Positions 12,170 to 30,664 of a stretch of 64,000 nucleotides of DNA are shown piece by piece. This stretch comes from the human T2T-CHM13v2.0 reference genome, Homo sapiens. Every line of letters begins with the position of its first letter. Within the stretch, counting starts at the first letter, position 1. The stretch lies in NCBI RefSeq assembly GCF_009914755.1, contig NC_060934.1; one strand, 5' to 3'. The translations under genes were made by a program, and so were the position numbers. The notes beneath the pieces are model-generated. The model saw only the letters and a list, made by a program, of their open reading frames with translations. It made no database searches and had not been told where the DNA came from.

Positions 12170-14480
12170 AAGGCAAACCTTAGGCCAATGTCTGCTCAAG
12201 TATATATATTAATATCTTTCTAGTGGTGTTTCAGTGGCTGAGAAACCCCACATGACAAAAATTGTTCGAACTGAGTTGTTCTTTCGGAGTCACCCAGAAT
12301 ATGTGCTCATTAAGAGCTACTACTAGATTTGAAGACAGCAGCATAAAGACATGTCTTCTCCCTCTATATCTTAAAACCACTCCAATCCAACAAGAAACAG
12401 ATACAAAAACTCCATGTTCACTGGAATGGGGAGACATCATAATATGCAAAAACAGAAAGCAGATGGCAGCAAGGTTTAACAGAGAGAAAGAAGGCCAAAC
12501 CTGAAAGTTTTCAGAGACTAGATACAAGCAGATTTTCTCTGTGGAACTCTAAAGACTCAGTGACAGGAGGTAACAGAGGAAGGGATGAGGGGCAGATGGA
12601 AAATCATTACTGAATGATATCCCTTCAATGCAATCAGGCAACTATTCCTTCTCCCCCTCAACAAGAGACTAAACCACTTAAGCCAGAGAAATTCTGGATT
12701 CAGGGACATTGGGCATAAAGAAGGACAGAGTGAGGCATGGAATGAAAAATGGGGAATTATCCCTTCTCTAATTTAGCTCTAAAATGCTTACTTCATTTTA
12801 GATGAAGATGGTTTTACACCCATACCCTTCAGTCAGGAGACTAGAGTTTTCTCTGGAAAAAATTAACAGTTCCAGCAAAGACATAAAGATACTAACTGCT
12901 CCACAGTGAAGGCCACAAGTCAGTCAGTGTCACCCACAATCACAGAGCTTTCAGTCAGCTTAACAGCTTACTCTTATTTTGGATTGAGAGTTGAAGATTG
13001 ACAAACATGCGGAAAGTTTCTCACAATAAAGAGAAAAACTGTACCAAATGAACAGAATAAACAACTCTGAGGAAACACAGACAATGAAAGATGAAGATGC
13101 AAAGTTGTTAGTATCTTCAGAGATACATGAAAAAAGATATTATGAAAAGAAACAGAATAAGACAGACCTTAGGTATTAAAAATCTGATGGCCAAAATAAA
13201 AAATTCAGTAAAAAAGTTAAAAGATAAAGTTGAGAATCTTTTTTAGGAAGAACAAAAAGATAAGGAGATAGACAACGAGAGAAAAGAAAAATAGAGATTC
13301 AATCTAGCGACACCCTAACAGATTAATAGGAGTGCCAAAAAAAAAAAAAAAGAGATATCAGAGAAAAGAGTGGGAAGGAAATTGTTAATCATGTAATAAT
13401 AATAGAAAATTCTCAGAACTGAGTTTCAGAGTAAAAAATTTGGTATAATGAATGAAGAAAAGATCTACTCAAGGCATAAACTTTTGAAAACTTCAGACTA
13501 TTAAGAATAAAAAGATCTTAAAATGGCTTCTGAACAGCAATATTGGAAACTAGAAGACAATGAAAGAATGCCTTCAAAATTGTGAGTGAAAATAATTTTC
13601 AATCTAGAATGTTCTATCTAACCAAATGATCATTTAAGCATAATGATGATGGATGATGATGATTGAATAAAGATATTTTCAGACAATGTGAACTAAAGAA
13701 AAAAAATACTTTACATGCATCTTCCCCCCCCAAATTATTAGACTCTAAGCTCCATAAATACAAGAGAATAAACCAAGAAAAAGGACGAAGTAGTGTCCAG
13801 TAAACAGTGAATCTAAGACAAGTAAGAATAATTCCCTAGATGGCAGTACAAGAAAGTCCCACGACCACTGCGGGGCAGCAACTAGTCCACACTACATCAG
13901 GTTATGGGGTTATGGAGGTCTCCATGAAGAAAATATGCAGGAAAATGTGGAACTGATAGATAATATGGCAAGTTCAACTGTTTGAAAAACTGCATTGACA
14001 GAAATTTTACAGAGCTGTTGAAGAGTGTGAGAAGCCTTAGCTATTAGCTCAAAGAAAACTAAGAGTGAAATAGGTAATTATTAATTTCAGAAAAATAAAA
14101 AGTTCCACAAAAATTGAATACTTGCCGCAGCATGCATATTCACATAAACATCATGATGAAACATTGAATACTGATTTAATAATCTGATGCAAATACACTG
14201 GCAGAGTAGTGGGGGGGTAGGAGGAAAATAACCGACCTACAAAAATAGAAAGTCAATACATTATCTGTGAAACAGGTAAGTCAAGGATAACTAAGTGTTC
14301 AACAGCATAGTAGGGCGACTGTATTAATAACAATATATTGTGTATTTCAAAATAGCTAGAAGAGCAGATTTTAAATGTTCCCAACCACAAAGAAATGACA
14401 AATGTTCAAGGTGATGGGTATCCTAAATACCGATTTGATCATCACATAGTGTATGAATTTATCAAAATAACACATGGATC
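12170..14480 (+). mobile_element. Ancient L1 (L1M) fragments
   Basis: A-rich degenerate L1 ORF1/3'-UTR-like motifs (GGAAACTAGAAGACAATG..AATGCCTTCAAAAT; TATTTCAAAATAGCTAGAAGA..GTGATGGGTATCCTAAATAC). Confidence 0.6.
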
Positions 14481-14860
14481 CTTGACTCCTTCCCCCTCAA
14501 CCTCCACATCTACATAGCCAAGTCTTACCTGTGGCATCTCTAAATCTGAATTCTGTCACTTCTCAAAGCCCTCCAAACTCCCACCCAAGTTCAGGCCTTC
14601 AGTATCTGCTGGTGAATTTCTACACAGATTAGAACTGTTCACCTCAGGGGTGTCTCAGACCTTCCATGGATGACGTCTATCTGCTTCACCTCTCTATAAC
14701 TAGTTCCAGGCATAGTACTTGGCACAGAGTAAGCACTCAATAAAGATTTTTTTTTTTAAACAAATGAGGGGAGATTTCTTTTGGAGGTAGGGAACTAACA
14801 TAATAAGAGATTAATAAATCACAAAGTAGAAAGTATGTCACAGCTATTTAAGAGTTAGCA

Positions 14861-15140
14861 GGCCGGGCGCGGTGGCTCACGCCTGTAATCCCAGCACTTT
14901 GGGAGGCCGAGGCGGGCGGATCACGAGGTCAGGAGATCGAGACCATCCTGGCTAACACGGTGAAACCCCGTCTCTACTAAAAATACAAAAAATTAGCCGG
15001 GCGAGGTGGCGGGCGCCTGTAGTCCCAGCTACTCGGGAGGCTGAGGCAGGAGAATGGCGTGAACCCCAGGGGGCGGAGCCTGCAGTGAGCCGAGATTGCG
15101 CCACTGCACTCCAGCCTGGGCGACAGCGAGACTCCGTCTC

Positions 15141-15169
<29 letters not shown>
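14861..15169 (+). mobile_element. Very young AluY (AluYe-type) with TSD
   Basis: Nearly all CpGs intact; GGCGAGGTGG, GGGGCGGAGCCTGCAG and CGACAGCGAGAC variants; pure A tail; AGAGTTAGCA on both sides (14851-14860, 15169-15178). Confidence 0.9.
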
Positions 15170-15172
<3 letters not shown>

Positions 15173-15429
15173 TTAGCAGTTACAGATCTATTTGACCCTT
15201 TTTCCTTCCCATCACATGGTAATTAGGATCTTAATGGTTGTGCTTAATTAATTCATGTATTTATTAACAAATGTTTCAAATGAAATGTTTATTCTGCATT
15301 TATTTTTAAAATTGCCTCCATAATTGTATAGAAGTTTGGAGTAAATGCAGCCTAGTAGATACTCCAATTAAAAGGAGCTTACATTGCACTTACTAGGTAA
15401 CCAGATAATACCAAATGTTATTGACCTAC

Positions 15430-16040
<611 letters not shown>

Positions 16041-16909
16041 TATTGACCCATTTTAGAATTTGAGTTTTAGTATCACATGAAGAACAAGGTTCTTTGAGTA
16101 TATTCAGTGTTTTATTTTGATTCTCAAGTCTAAATTTTTCCATTTGTGTTTTAAAAGTTATAGATAGGCAAAATTAGAGAATTCACTGTTTATTTAGTGT
16201 GTGCAACAGGAAGAGCACTGGGGAAAAATAACTCCCTCAAAATCTGGTCACCTCATTTCTTTTATCAAGACAGACAAAAGATACATAGCCCAGTCAGCAC
16301 ACTTCATTTACTGTGGGTCCAGTTCTGTTATGTATGGTTGACTTAATTTATTTCTACTTTAAGCTATATTTCATGATGTTTACTTAAGAAATTACCACCA
16401 GCAATTTTGTTTTAACACTTTGTAAAGTTTGGGGGGTTATTTGCTTCAATTCAATTTACAGTACAATAAAATCCTTTGTCCCAAAATAAGATTTACTTTG
16501 TAACAACATGAAGACTTGGATTAGGTTACGTTAGGCTTTGGTAATAAGAAGTACACCCTATACATTACATCTGTATGATCACGATTTTTAAACCATTATA
16601 TGTTAATACCCTACGTAAAATCAGTACAAATAAAAACTATTAAAGAAAAAATTGTGGATACTAACTTTTAGGTGTGTTTTTGTAGCTGCATTCAGACTAT
16701 CAACTAGAACAAATTCATCTTTGGTACAAGTGTCTAACTCATTAATGAGCTGTAAGAGTTCCTTATTTTACATATATAAGAACTTTATCAGACACATATA
16801 TTACAGACTCAGGCGTGTGCCACCTTGCCCAGCTAATTTTTTGTATTTTTTTTTAGTAGAGACACGGTTTCACCATGTTGGTCAGGCTGGTCTCAAACTC
16901 CCAATCTCA

Positions 16910-19400
<2,491 letters not shown>

Positions 19401-19875
19401 CATTTTTAAATAACATCTAGTTATTTTTAGAGTTTCCTAGTGACTTTAAGTTTAATTTTACAAAAGCAGTAAATAATAAAGTTAAAGAATATAAATAAAA
19501 ATAATAAAACCATATTTCTACCGCTAAGAATACCATTATTAATATCTATATTTTATCTATACACACGGATATCCATATGTATATTTTTAACCACGAGATC
19601 ATACTGTACAGGCTGTTTTGTAATCTACTTTAAAAAAAATAGTGTCTACCTTTTCATGTCAATAACATTTTTTTCCTATCTAAAATATAGTCCATATTCA
19701 AGTTTCCTTAACTATCCCAAAAGGTGCTTTACATTTCTTTGTCCAAATCAGACTCCTATCCAAAAACATAAACTGTATCTGTATGTTATATCTACAAGTC
19801 TCTTTTAATTTAACACAATCAGATATGGTGATTTCTATTATGAATGTTAGACTTTATTTAATAAAGCATATTTGA

Positions 19876-19953
19876 CTCCAGCCAGAGTGACAGAGCGAGA
19901 CCCCATCTCTAGAATGAATGAATGAATGAATGAATGAATGAATGAATAAATAA
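19876..19953 (+). repeat. Alu 3' remnant with (GAAT)n tail
   Basis: ACTCCAGCC..GTGACAGAGCGAGACCCCATCTC followed by GAAT repeats. Confidence 0.8.
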
Positions 19954-20152
19954 AGTGTGTTGTAAATGTCCATGTAAAGGTAATTTTTCTTTAAATATCT
20001 CCATTTTTTTTTCCTTAGGGATAAACATATTTGAGAGAGAAGCTACTGAAAATCTTTAAATTCCCTAACTTATTTTAAAGATGTCAATGAAGTTATCCAA
20101 ATTTTCAAAGGAGTCATTGAGAATGAATATGTTACAGGATAAAGGTGGTTAA

Positions 20153-20422
<270 letters not shown>

Positions 20423-21250
20423 TGATCCATCTGTCTCGGCTTCCAAAGTGCTGGGATTACAGGTGTGAGCCACCATGCCTGGCCGGTTATATATTTTAAC
20501 ATAGGAAACATTAAGCAAACTTTGAAAAGTTCTTTTAAAAAAAAGGTAATAAAATAATTAAAAAATAAACCCCAGCTGAATGAACTAGGTCAGTTTCTTC
20601 AATGCTAGCTATTAGGAAACCACAGAAGGAGGCAAAGTACTTCTATAGTCTAATAGTTCATTAAGAGATAAAAGCAAATAGTGGTTGACTGATCCTTGTG
20701 AAAGAAAGATTTCAGTGACAGAAACTACTGAGTCATAGTTATTAAGTCTACTGGTGGTGCTGCAACTGTCCCTTATTGAAAGAGAAGTCAGTTAGTATTC
20801 TCCAAGACATTAACAAAAAGGAGAAAGAGAATCCCTTCTTACTAATCCTGTCACTTCCTAGCCCCTTCTACTGTAGCAATTATTTCTAAAATCTAATGTT
20901 GAATTACTCTTAATTATTGTTCCTTATCTTTCCTAGTATGCTGCCTGTTTAATTACAAGATTGTGGCAGAGGTTCTTAGCCTGGCTTCGAAAAATCAATA
21001 ATCCCTGGAACAATATAAGGAATGTTGCATGTCTGCATTCTTCTAGTAAGTCAATAGTGTTAAATAGATTCTCTCAGTGGGGTCCATAAGATTCAGAACC
21101 ACTAAGACAGACAGCTAGATTGGCAATTTTTCTAGCATATGTTATTTGACTGTGGTATAAAACATAGCCAACTTTCAATTATAATAAATAAAAGATGCTT
21201 ATTAAATAAAACAATTAGTTATGAAATATAGTCAGAGATGTATCCTCTGA

Positions 21251-21783
21251 AAGTGTTTTTCAAATTGCAAATTGTGACCCACTAGTGGGTTTTGTCTAGC
21301 ATTTAAAATACAAAAACAAACCAGAATAAACCAGAATAGAAAATATCTTTTTTTTTTTTTTTTTTGAGAAAAAGTCTTGCTCTGTCACCCAGGCTGGAGT
21401 GCAGTGGCAGGATCTTTGCTCACTGCAACCTCCGTCTCACGGGTTTGAGTAATTTCCAGGTAATTTTTGTATTTTTAGTAGAGACAGGGTTTCACCATGT
21501 TGGCCAGACTTGGTCTTGAACTCCTGAACTTAAGGGATCTGCCCACCTTGGCCTCCCAAAGTGCTAGGATTACAGGTGTGAGTCACCGCGCCCGGCCAGA
21601 AAATATCACATTTTCTGTTGTGATACTGAAAATCACAAATTGTGGGTGCACTGGGTATAGTAAGGGCATTGTTTCATAAAACTTTTGTGTCTATTTTATG
21701 TACATGTGTGTTGCAAACTCGGTCATGATATAAAATATATTTTCTTACCATGGGTGATAGTCAACAAAGGTTGAAAAACATTG
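21251..21783. mobile_element. hAT-Charlie-like DNA transposon remnant with nested Alu (about 21348-21597)
   Basis: Inverted termini AGTGTTTTTCAA ... TTGAAAAACATTG. Confidence 0.55.
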
Positions 21784-22567
21784 CTTTAATACCTGCTTTT
21801 CTCTTTTCTGTTTTGCCTCAAAACTTCTTGATACGCTACTTCTATAGAAGCTTGGAACCAAAAAAGTTAATGATGATAAAATTGATAATAATGATATCAA
21901 GAGTAATATTTACTGAATATATACTACGTACCAGGAACTGTGCTGTTTTACTTTAATGATCTCACTTAATCTGTACAACCCAATGAGTATTATTAATTTC
22001 CATTTTATAGAAGAGAAAACAGATTTAGAGAAGTAAAATAACTTGATTTAGACCTAGGTCTGTCTGACTCAAAGCCCATGCTTACCATATAAACTGCAGA
22101 CAATGGATCTCCTAGATAATCTAAAGAGTAGATGATTCACTTGGTGATAAACACAAATTAAATATTATAATTTTAGAAAGGTTTAGAGCCATGATCCTGT
22201 GATGCTACATTGTCTTTTAAATTCACTTATTGTTTTGGTTTCAATTGATACTGCATATTCCTTAAAACTAGTTGTTTCTTCCTAGAGATATATTTTTTAA
22301 TTTAAAGGGTTTATATGTAGACATGACATATGATGTGTTTTATTAATTCTCAAATTTAAAGATCCCTTTAGAACCCTAAATAGTATAAAATTGTAAGTGG
22401 CAGAATACCATATAAACAAATGCTGTTTACCTCATGGGTTTGTTGTGAGAATTCAACACTTACAAAAAACACTGATTAAAAATACCACTAGTATCGGTCA
22501 CACAGTAAATGTTCAATAAATGTTTATATATTATAATAATCATACAAGAAGATAGTGAAGTCTACAC

Positions 22568-22569
<2 letters not shown>

Positions 22570-22610
<41 letters not shown>
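22570..22610 (-). repeat. Pure 41-nt poly(A) tract (minus strand) not attached to an Alu or L1
   Basis: 41 consecutive T on the plus strand; minus-strand AATAAA at 22629-22634. Confidence 0.95.
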
Positions 22611-22615
<5 letters not shown>

Positions 22616-23309
22616 ATTTTCCCTCTATTTTATTGTTTGTCCTTGGGAATGGTCCAAAAATTTTGCTACTTCACTTTTTATAGAAAGAGGAATTTAAAGT
22701 GTTTCTATAGCTATATATTTACAATGAAAAATCATTCAGATAGTTCAGTTCACAATGCAACTGACCATCTAGCAGCTTGAGTTCAAGGTTTATAAACACA
22801 AATGCCTACCAGCCTAAGCAGATAACCTGAAAGAGAAGTGGGATGGTGAAGGGCGGGTTGGCTTAGGTTGTATGAATGCAGAACAGGGTAGAGTACTCTT
22901 TCTAAAAGTGGATATCACCATTCAGCAACTGAAGATTTTATGCCATGCAGGAATATAATAGGGTTTATACTGTCAGATTTTCAATTGAAGTCAGAAATCT
23001 GAATGTCTGGGAAATTCTTGATTCTTAAATGTTGGCATAAACTTAAATAATAAAATGCTTTGTGGGCCAAACAAAACAAGCCTATAGACTAAATGCAGTA
23101 TATAGACTGGCAGTTTGCCACTCAGCTTTAGTTTTATCCTATCACTTAGATATTCTAAGCTGACCAACACAGCCTAGGTAAGAATATTATAAACTACAAA
23201 CTTTCAAACAGTGTCCAGTGGAGTAGGGAGAAGCATCCCAGAAGATATACATTCTGCAAGTGTAACTCCTCCTCTTTTTTATTTTAAAAGCTTTGGAAGA
23301 TGTACACTA

Positions 23310-23662
<353 letters not shown>

Positions 23663-24664
23663 TTTCACAAGATGTCCTAGACAAAAGCCTGTGTGGACGG
23701 AGAAGTGATTTCAAGTTAAGGACAAATAATCATAAATGCATAAAGAAAAAGTGAGTATGTTTATCTGACTTCTGGAGAAAATTTGCATTCAAGATTGAAG
23801 AAGTAAAAAAAATTTATTATAGAAGGAAATGCTTGCATTTGATAAACTTTTATGATATAAGTTTCATATAAGTATGAAATGATACTTTTAAGATGTTTTA
23901 TTATAAGCTTATTGTAAGCACTATAAGATATAAGTATCATTTTATAACTCCTTATACTTTTATAGGAGCATAGCGTCTTTCATGGGGATGAGCTGGTTAG
24001 CCCATAAAGTGAAAATTTTTACACAAAATTACCTTTGCAAATCCCTCAAATCACACTTAGTAAAGGAACGTGGTTTTGTGTATATCATACCACATATTAA
24101 TACATTCAAACAATTAATTTTTACTTAATAATTGGAACAGATAATGTTTCTTCAATTATGTATGAATGAAGCACAGCTAAAATTCTCAACTCTCGCCCAC
24201 TTAGGCCAGTTAAAGTGAATGACTGTAGTGTGGTTTTGTAGCGGGGACAAACTAACCTGAAAAGCTAACTTTTGCTAAATACTAGAAAAAGCTATCAGTT
24301 AAAATACCCAGACAAAAAAAAGGCACTGAGTGACTTCAATGCCTAAAGGAACCAGAGATGTGGAAATACACAGTGAACAGTCCTGTGGGTATCTTTCCAA
24401 ACAACACAGTAACTAAAAAATATAATTGAATGTTCTCATTAATACAGTTTCTGGTAACCTGAGTGTTGACCCCATTTCTAGGCAAAGAGAAATAACTTGC
24501 CCAACCCTGTTGTGAGGGAGACCCAAAGGTATTTTACTTCTGACCTAAATGTAGTCTCAAGTTTACTTTATTTCTGGGATGTAAGTACAGTGCAACAGGT
24601 AAGAATTTAAATCTGTTTGATTTTCATTATAAGTTACTAAATTGGCATGCCAGTTTATATGTGA

Positions 24665-24997
<333 letters not shown>

Positions 24998-25579
24998 GTC
25001 ATTTCTAAGTAAAATGAAAATACCATGTTTTTAAACTTCTATAGCTAAAGATTGGTTTAAACACCAAGGCAGATGCTAAAGCTCTCCTAAGGCGCATAAT
25101 AAACAATAGGTATATGTTTGCTACAGATTAAAAGTGTTCATTTAATGGAGCAGATACAACCAAGAGCTGGTAACTATAAACTAGTCACAGCGGTAACTTT
25201 AATCACAATCAACAGGCTCAGGGACTCACATATAACTGTGTGGCTGACAGATTGAACAATTATGGAAGGTGTTTTCTGTGGTTGAATCAATCAGAATAGT
25301 AATAATGGTAGGATTACTGAAAAGAAATTAACCTGTACTATAATCTGGGGTCAGATTTTTTTTAAAAAAGGATATAAGCGGTATTCATGACATCATGTTA
25401 ATTTCAGTAATCAGGCAGGGTGAATAGACTTGACAAATTATGTCAGCTCACTTTAAACAAACATTGGTTGCTAACATAAATTAGCTCTTGGAAGGTAAAA
25501 AATTATTTGATTAACAAATGACTGATAAGACAATCTAGGCTTTGCAAGGTTTAGTGATCCTTTATGAGCCATGACTTAC

Positions 25580-25717
25580 CTGTATAGACTGGCACTGGTA
25601 TAGGAATCGAACTCCTGATACATGAGCTTGCGGGTTGGACAGGAGACCTACATATGCCCACAATACCTGGATCTCCAGGGAAACTGGTATGAGACAGCAG
25701 GAAGTACAGTTTATAGC
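25580..25717 (-). CDS. TCTN3: Tectonic-3 exon 13
   Basis: cag|GCT...CAG|gtaagt; [17 protein letters not shown]...YQCQSIQ; 138 nt. Confidence 0.97.
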
Positions 25718-25838
25718 CTGCAGAAGGGTAAAGAAGCATCTGCTCGAATTGCCTGATGGTTGCCTATAGTCAATCACCAAGTACTAAGCCATTGTTTCTT
25801 AAGCATTATTCAGTAATAAGGAAGGCAATGTAGCTTAG

Positions 25839-27612
<1,774 letters not shown>

Positions 27613-27758
27613 GGCTTCAAGTGGGCATGATTTCTTATACTCTTCCTTCTATGACAAATGCATTATCTATGGAGACAAGGCTGGTTTTAAACTTACTATC
27701 CAAGATTTACAAAGGGGTAAAAATGAGTCTTCATCAGAAAGTATATTTCTCTCCTTAC

Positions 27759-27912
27759 TGAAATGCTGCAGTGCCTGTTGAGGATCCTGGTCCACCCTCC
27801 TTTCTGGGCTGGGTCAGCATTACCAAAGATGGCAACATACTCTGGTCTGGGCCTTCCATGAAGAGTCTGATAAATCTCCTGCTGCAAGTGGCTGCAGTCT
27901 GCCTTCTTCAAC
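27759..27912 (-). CDS. TCTN3: Tectonic-3 exon 12
   Basis: tag|G...TCA|gtaagg; (R)[10 protein letters not shown]...RHCSIS; 154 nt. Confidence 0.97.
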
Positions 27913-28208
27913 CTATAATTAAACACCATGGAGGCTGCAGTCCAATGCTAACATAATAATATACCTATATTAGTACGGTATGTTAAACCAAACATTGGAA
28001 ATAATATAAAATAGACCAGAGGGTATAATCCTTAGTAGGTATTAACAATTGCCAGAAAACTCTTAGCAATATCAACACTATTTAGACTAAAAGACTATTC
28101 CTGACTAGCATTTTCCGAACTGTCATTAAAAATATAAAAGTTACCATATCAACATATTCCCTACATATTCCCGAAATTGCAGGAAATGATGCGGAAGCAA
28201 AGAACTAC

Positions 28209-28303
28209 CTGAGCTTGCATCCAGATATTGCATTCACTCCAAACTGCACTTCATGTCTTTTAACAGAGCAACTTCCATTACCCTGGCTCTGTAAGAGGGT
28301 CAT
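28209..28303 (-). CDS. TCTN3: Tectonic-3 exon 11
   Basis: [31 protein letters not shown](R); donor AG|gtagtt; 95 nt. The acceptor is non-canonical (tgg|ATG). Confidence 0.92.
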
Positions 28304-28629
28304 CCAAGGTGGAAAAGTGATGATCAAGGACATCATAACAGAAAAAAAAAGGAGGCAGCATTGCAAAATTTATGTTCTCATTCTCCTTTAATGCTATTTA
28401 TTTTGTATTACTATCATAATGTTCGAGTCACAAATTTGTGATTTTTTTCCTCAGAAAACCACAGAGAGACAACTAGATTCCAAAAATGATTAACCATATA
28501 TTAGTATATAAGTACCTCATTATAATGAACAAAAAATTCCTCACCTTTGGCTAGTCTAACATAAGTTTGAAAGCCTTTGCAGCTTTTCTCATTAGGCTGC
28601 AACAGGCCACCCAGCTCTAAAAAGGATAC
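28304..28629 (-). other. TCTN3: U12-type (minor spliceosome) intron 10 of TCTN3
   Basis: 5' site GTATCCTTT (28629-28621); branch site TCCTTGAT (28330-28323); no AG between the branch and the exon. Confidence 0.9.
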
Positions 28630-28737
28630 TGAGTAACTTATATCATCAGTCAGAGCCAAGAGTGGCTTCCCAACTATATAGCCAGGATTCCCACTTCTAG
28701 GACTGGTGAGAGAAGCAGCTGTGCTCTGTTGAAAAGC
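28630..28737 (-). CDS. TCTN3: Tectonic-3 exon 10
   Basis: cag|GCT; [36 protein letters not shown], containing the tectonic SGNPGY motif; 108 nt. Confidence 0.97.
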
Positions 28738-29607
28738 CTGCAGAAAGAGGGAAGAGAAGTCAATTATGGAGATAAGCATACTTTCCCACCTCCCACTGCT
28801 TGGCTTCACCGTACCCTTCCTTAAGGCAAGGAAATGCAATAAGTGAGCTACACTGAACAATCTGGCTTCTTTCCACAGTGTAGCATTTTGCTTCTTTCAC
28901 TTTTTTAAATTTACTAAAATAAATCCTTCATGATCTGAATATTGAAATTCATAATACGCTACTTTTACCAAGGATTACAACCAAGAATCTACTAAGGATC
29001 CCTTAAAAATTACTAGCAATTTAGCAATAATAACACAGCCTGGTTAAAATCTGAAAAATTTAAATGTAATTAAAAAAATATATATTTTAATTAACTACAG
29101 ATGTTCCAGAGATGAGCTCTGAGAGACACAGCAGTTGGTTGATCACCTGAGGGTAGAGTTGAGAAAATCTATGCTGGGTTCAAAAAGAGGAAAGAAGTAG
29201 CAGAAAGCCAAATGGCAGTGATTAAGAGTGAACACTTAGATTAAGTGGGAAATGAGTAAAATGCTGACTGCCCAGAAATATGAGAACAGCTAGTTAAAGA
29301 ATTTTTGTAGGTGTTGGCTGAATTTATGATTCAAAATGACTATAAAAAAAGTTTTGATTTTAGATTGAAGTCCTGCTTTGTTGGGGGCCAGACAGAGAAT
29401 TGGAGAAAATTTTAATGAGTAAAGACTTGTAGAATAACCACAACTTGTAGTAAAATTATGGAATATTAAATGTTGAGGCCTCAATCGACAGACTGAACTA
29501 GGCCTTCATATTCTTATTCTATTTCACATGTATTACAGAAGCAAAGAAATTATTTCTAACCCAATATTTCTTCCCCTCTAAATCCCCTATAAGAGAAGGG
29601 CCCTAAC

Positions 29608-29733
29608 CCTGAAGCGAAGGATGAAGTGTTGCTGTAAGGAAGCGCCTGGCTCAACAGTCAGGTTGGTTTGTCCCAAACTGACAGAAACTTTCTGGATTCC
29701 AAAAGTCCCATTGGTCTCTATCTCATAGGTGAC
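29608..29733 (-). CDS. TCTN3: Tectonic-3 exon 9
   Basis: cag|GTC...AGG|gttagg; [14 protein letters not shown]...HFILRFR; 126 nt. Confidence 0.96.
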
Positions 29734-30467
29734 CTGAAATGCAAAAAGAATCAATTAATAAAAAGTAGTTATTGGGCCGAATATGTTTAGGACAGAAGAT
29801 TTTCTGTCTTCAAGGGTGTTATTATAACTAAATGAGGCAGACTGAAACAGTAATGTTAAAAATGCCAAACACAAATACTATGAAAGATAAAGATGATTTC
29901 ATATTATATTTGTATATGAAAAAGAAACTGGATAGAGCTCTTTAAAAGGGTTCACGGGTAGGTGAGTTTTTGGTAGGAACTGAAAGGGAAGAAAAATAAG
30001 TTGATTACGGACAGAGGAGGGCAAGTAGAAACAGGCAGAGGTGAGCATGGAACAGAAATCTGGTTTACTTGGCTCTCACAATGTTTGAGAATTAATAAAG
30101 ATCATTGCTGGGGATACAAGTTGCAGGCAATTGAAAGTAACCTTAAATTTCTGAGCATAGTCTTTAAGAAGATGCTTTAAGATAATTCTTACTTTTTAAG
30201 GTTAGATTGTTTAGAGAACAGAGGAATACAAGTTGATTAATCTACTTCAGAGTTTCAGATGATACTGTGTCAAGAGAATAAAATGTGGTCAGTCAGTAAG
30301 AATCAGTAACAGACTGCAAGTGGGCAACAGAAGAGGTGTCAGAAATAATTTTAATGTCCTGGACCTGAAATACTGGAGGATGGTGGTGATGGAAATAACT
30401 GAAACGTGGTAGGGAGGATAATGGGCTCAATTATTGACAAGTTTAATTTCAAACTTGTTGGGAATTG

Positions 30468-30518
30468 TTGAAATTCACAATATGCTACTTTTACCAAGGA
30501 TTGCAACCAAGAATCTAC
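30468..30518 (+). repeat. 51-bp direct copy of 28942-28992
   Basis: 48/51 identical: TTGAAATTCA(C/T)AATA(T/C)GCTACTTTTACCAAGGATT(G/A)CAACCAAGAATCTAC. Confidence 0.95.
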
Positions 30519-30664
30519 CAATACAACAAGTTTGCATTCCCAACATTGTTAGAGAATGCAAACAAAATTCAGTTGGGTCAGTCTGATACTTAATGGAAGA
30601 TGAGGCACCTCTGGCAGTGTTGATTAACACACATCAGTCCAGAATCTGAGGTCAGTATCCCTAC

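Noticed and set aside
28304-28316. AC acceptors for intron 10 (GT-AC) as the productive site
   Set aside because: They would add 5 or 13 nt and break the frame; kept only as possible minor products.
28501-28860. 119-aa ORF as a standalone gene
   Set aside because: It is TCTN3 exon 10 read through its flanking introns.
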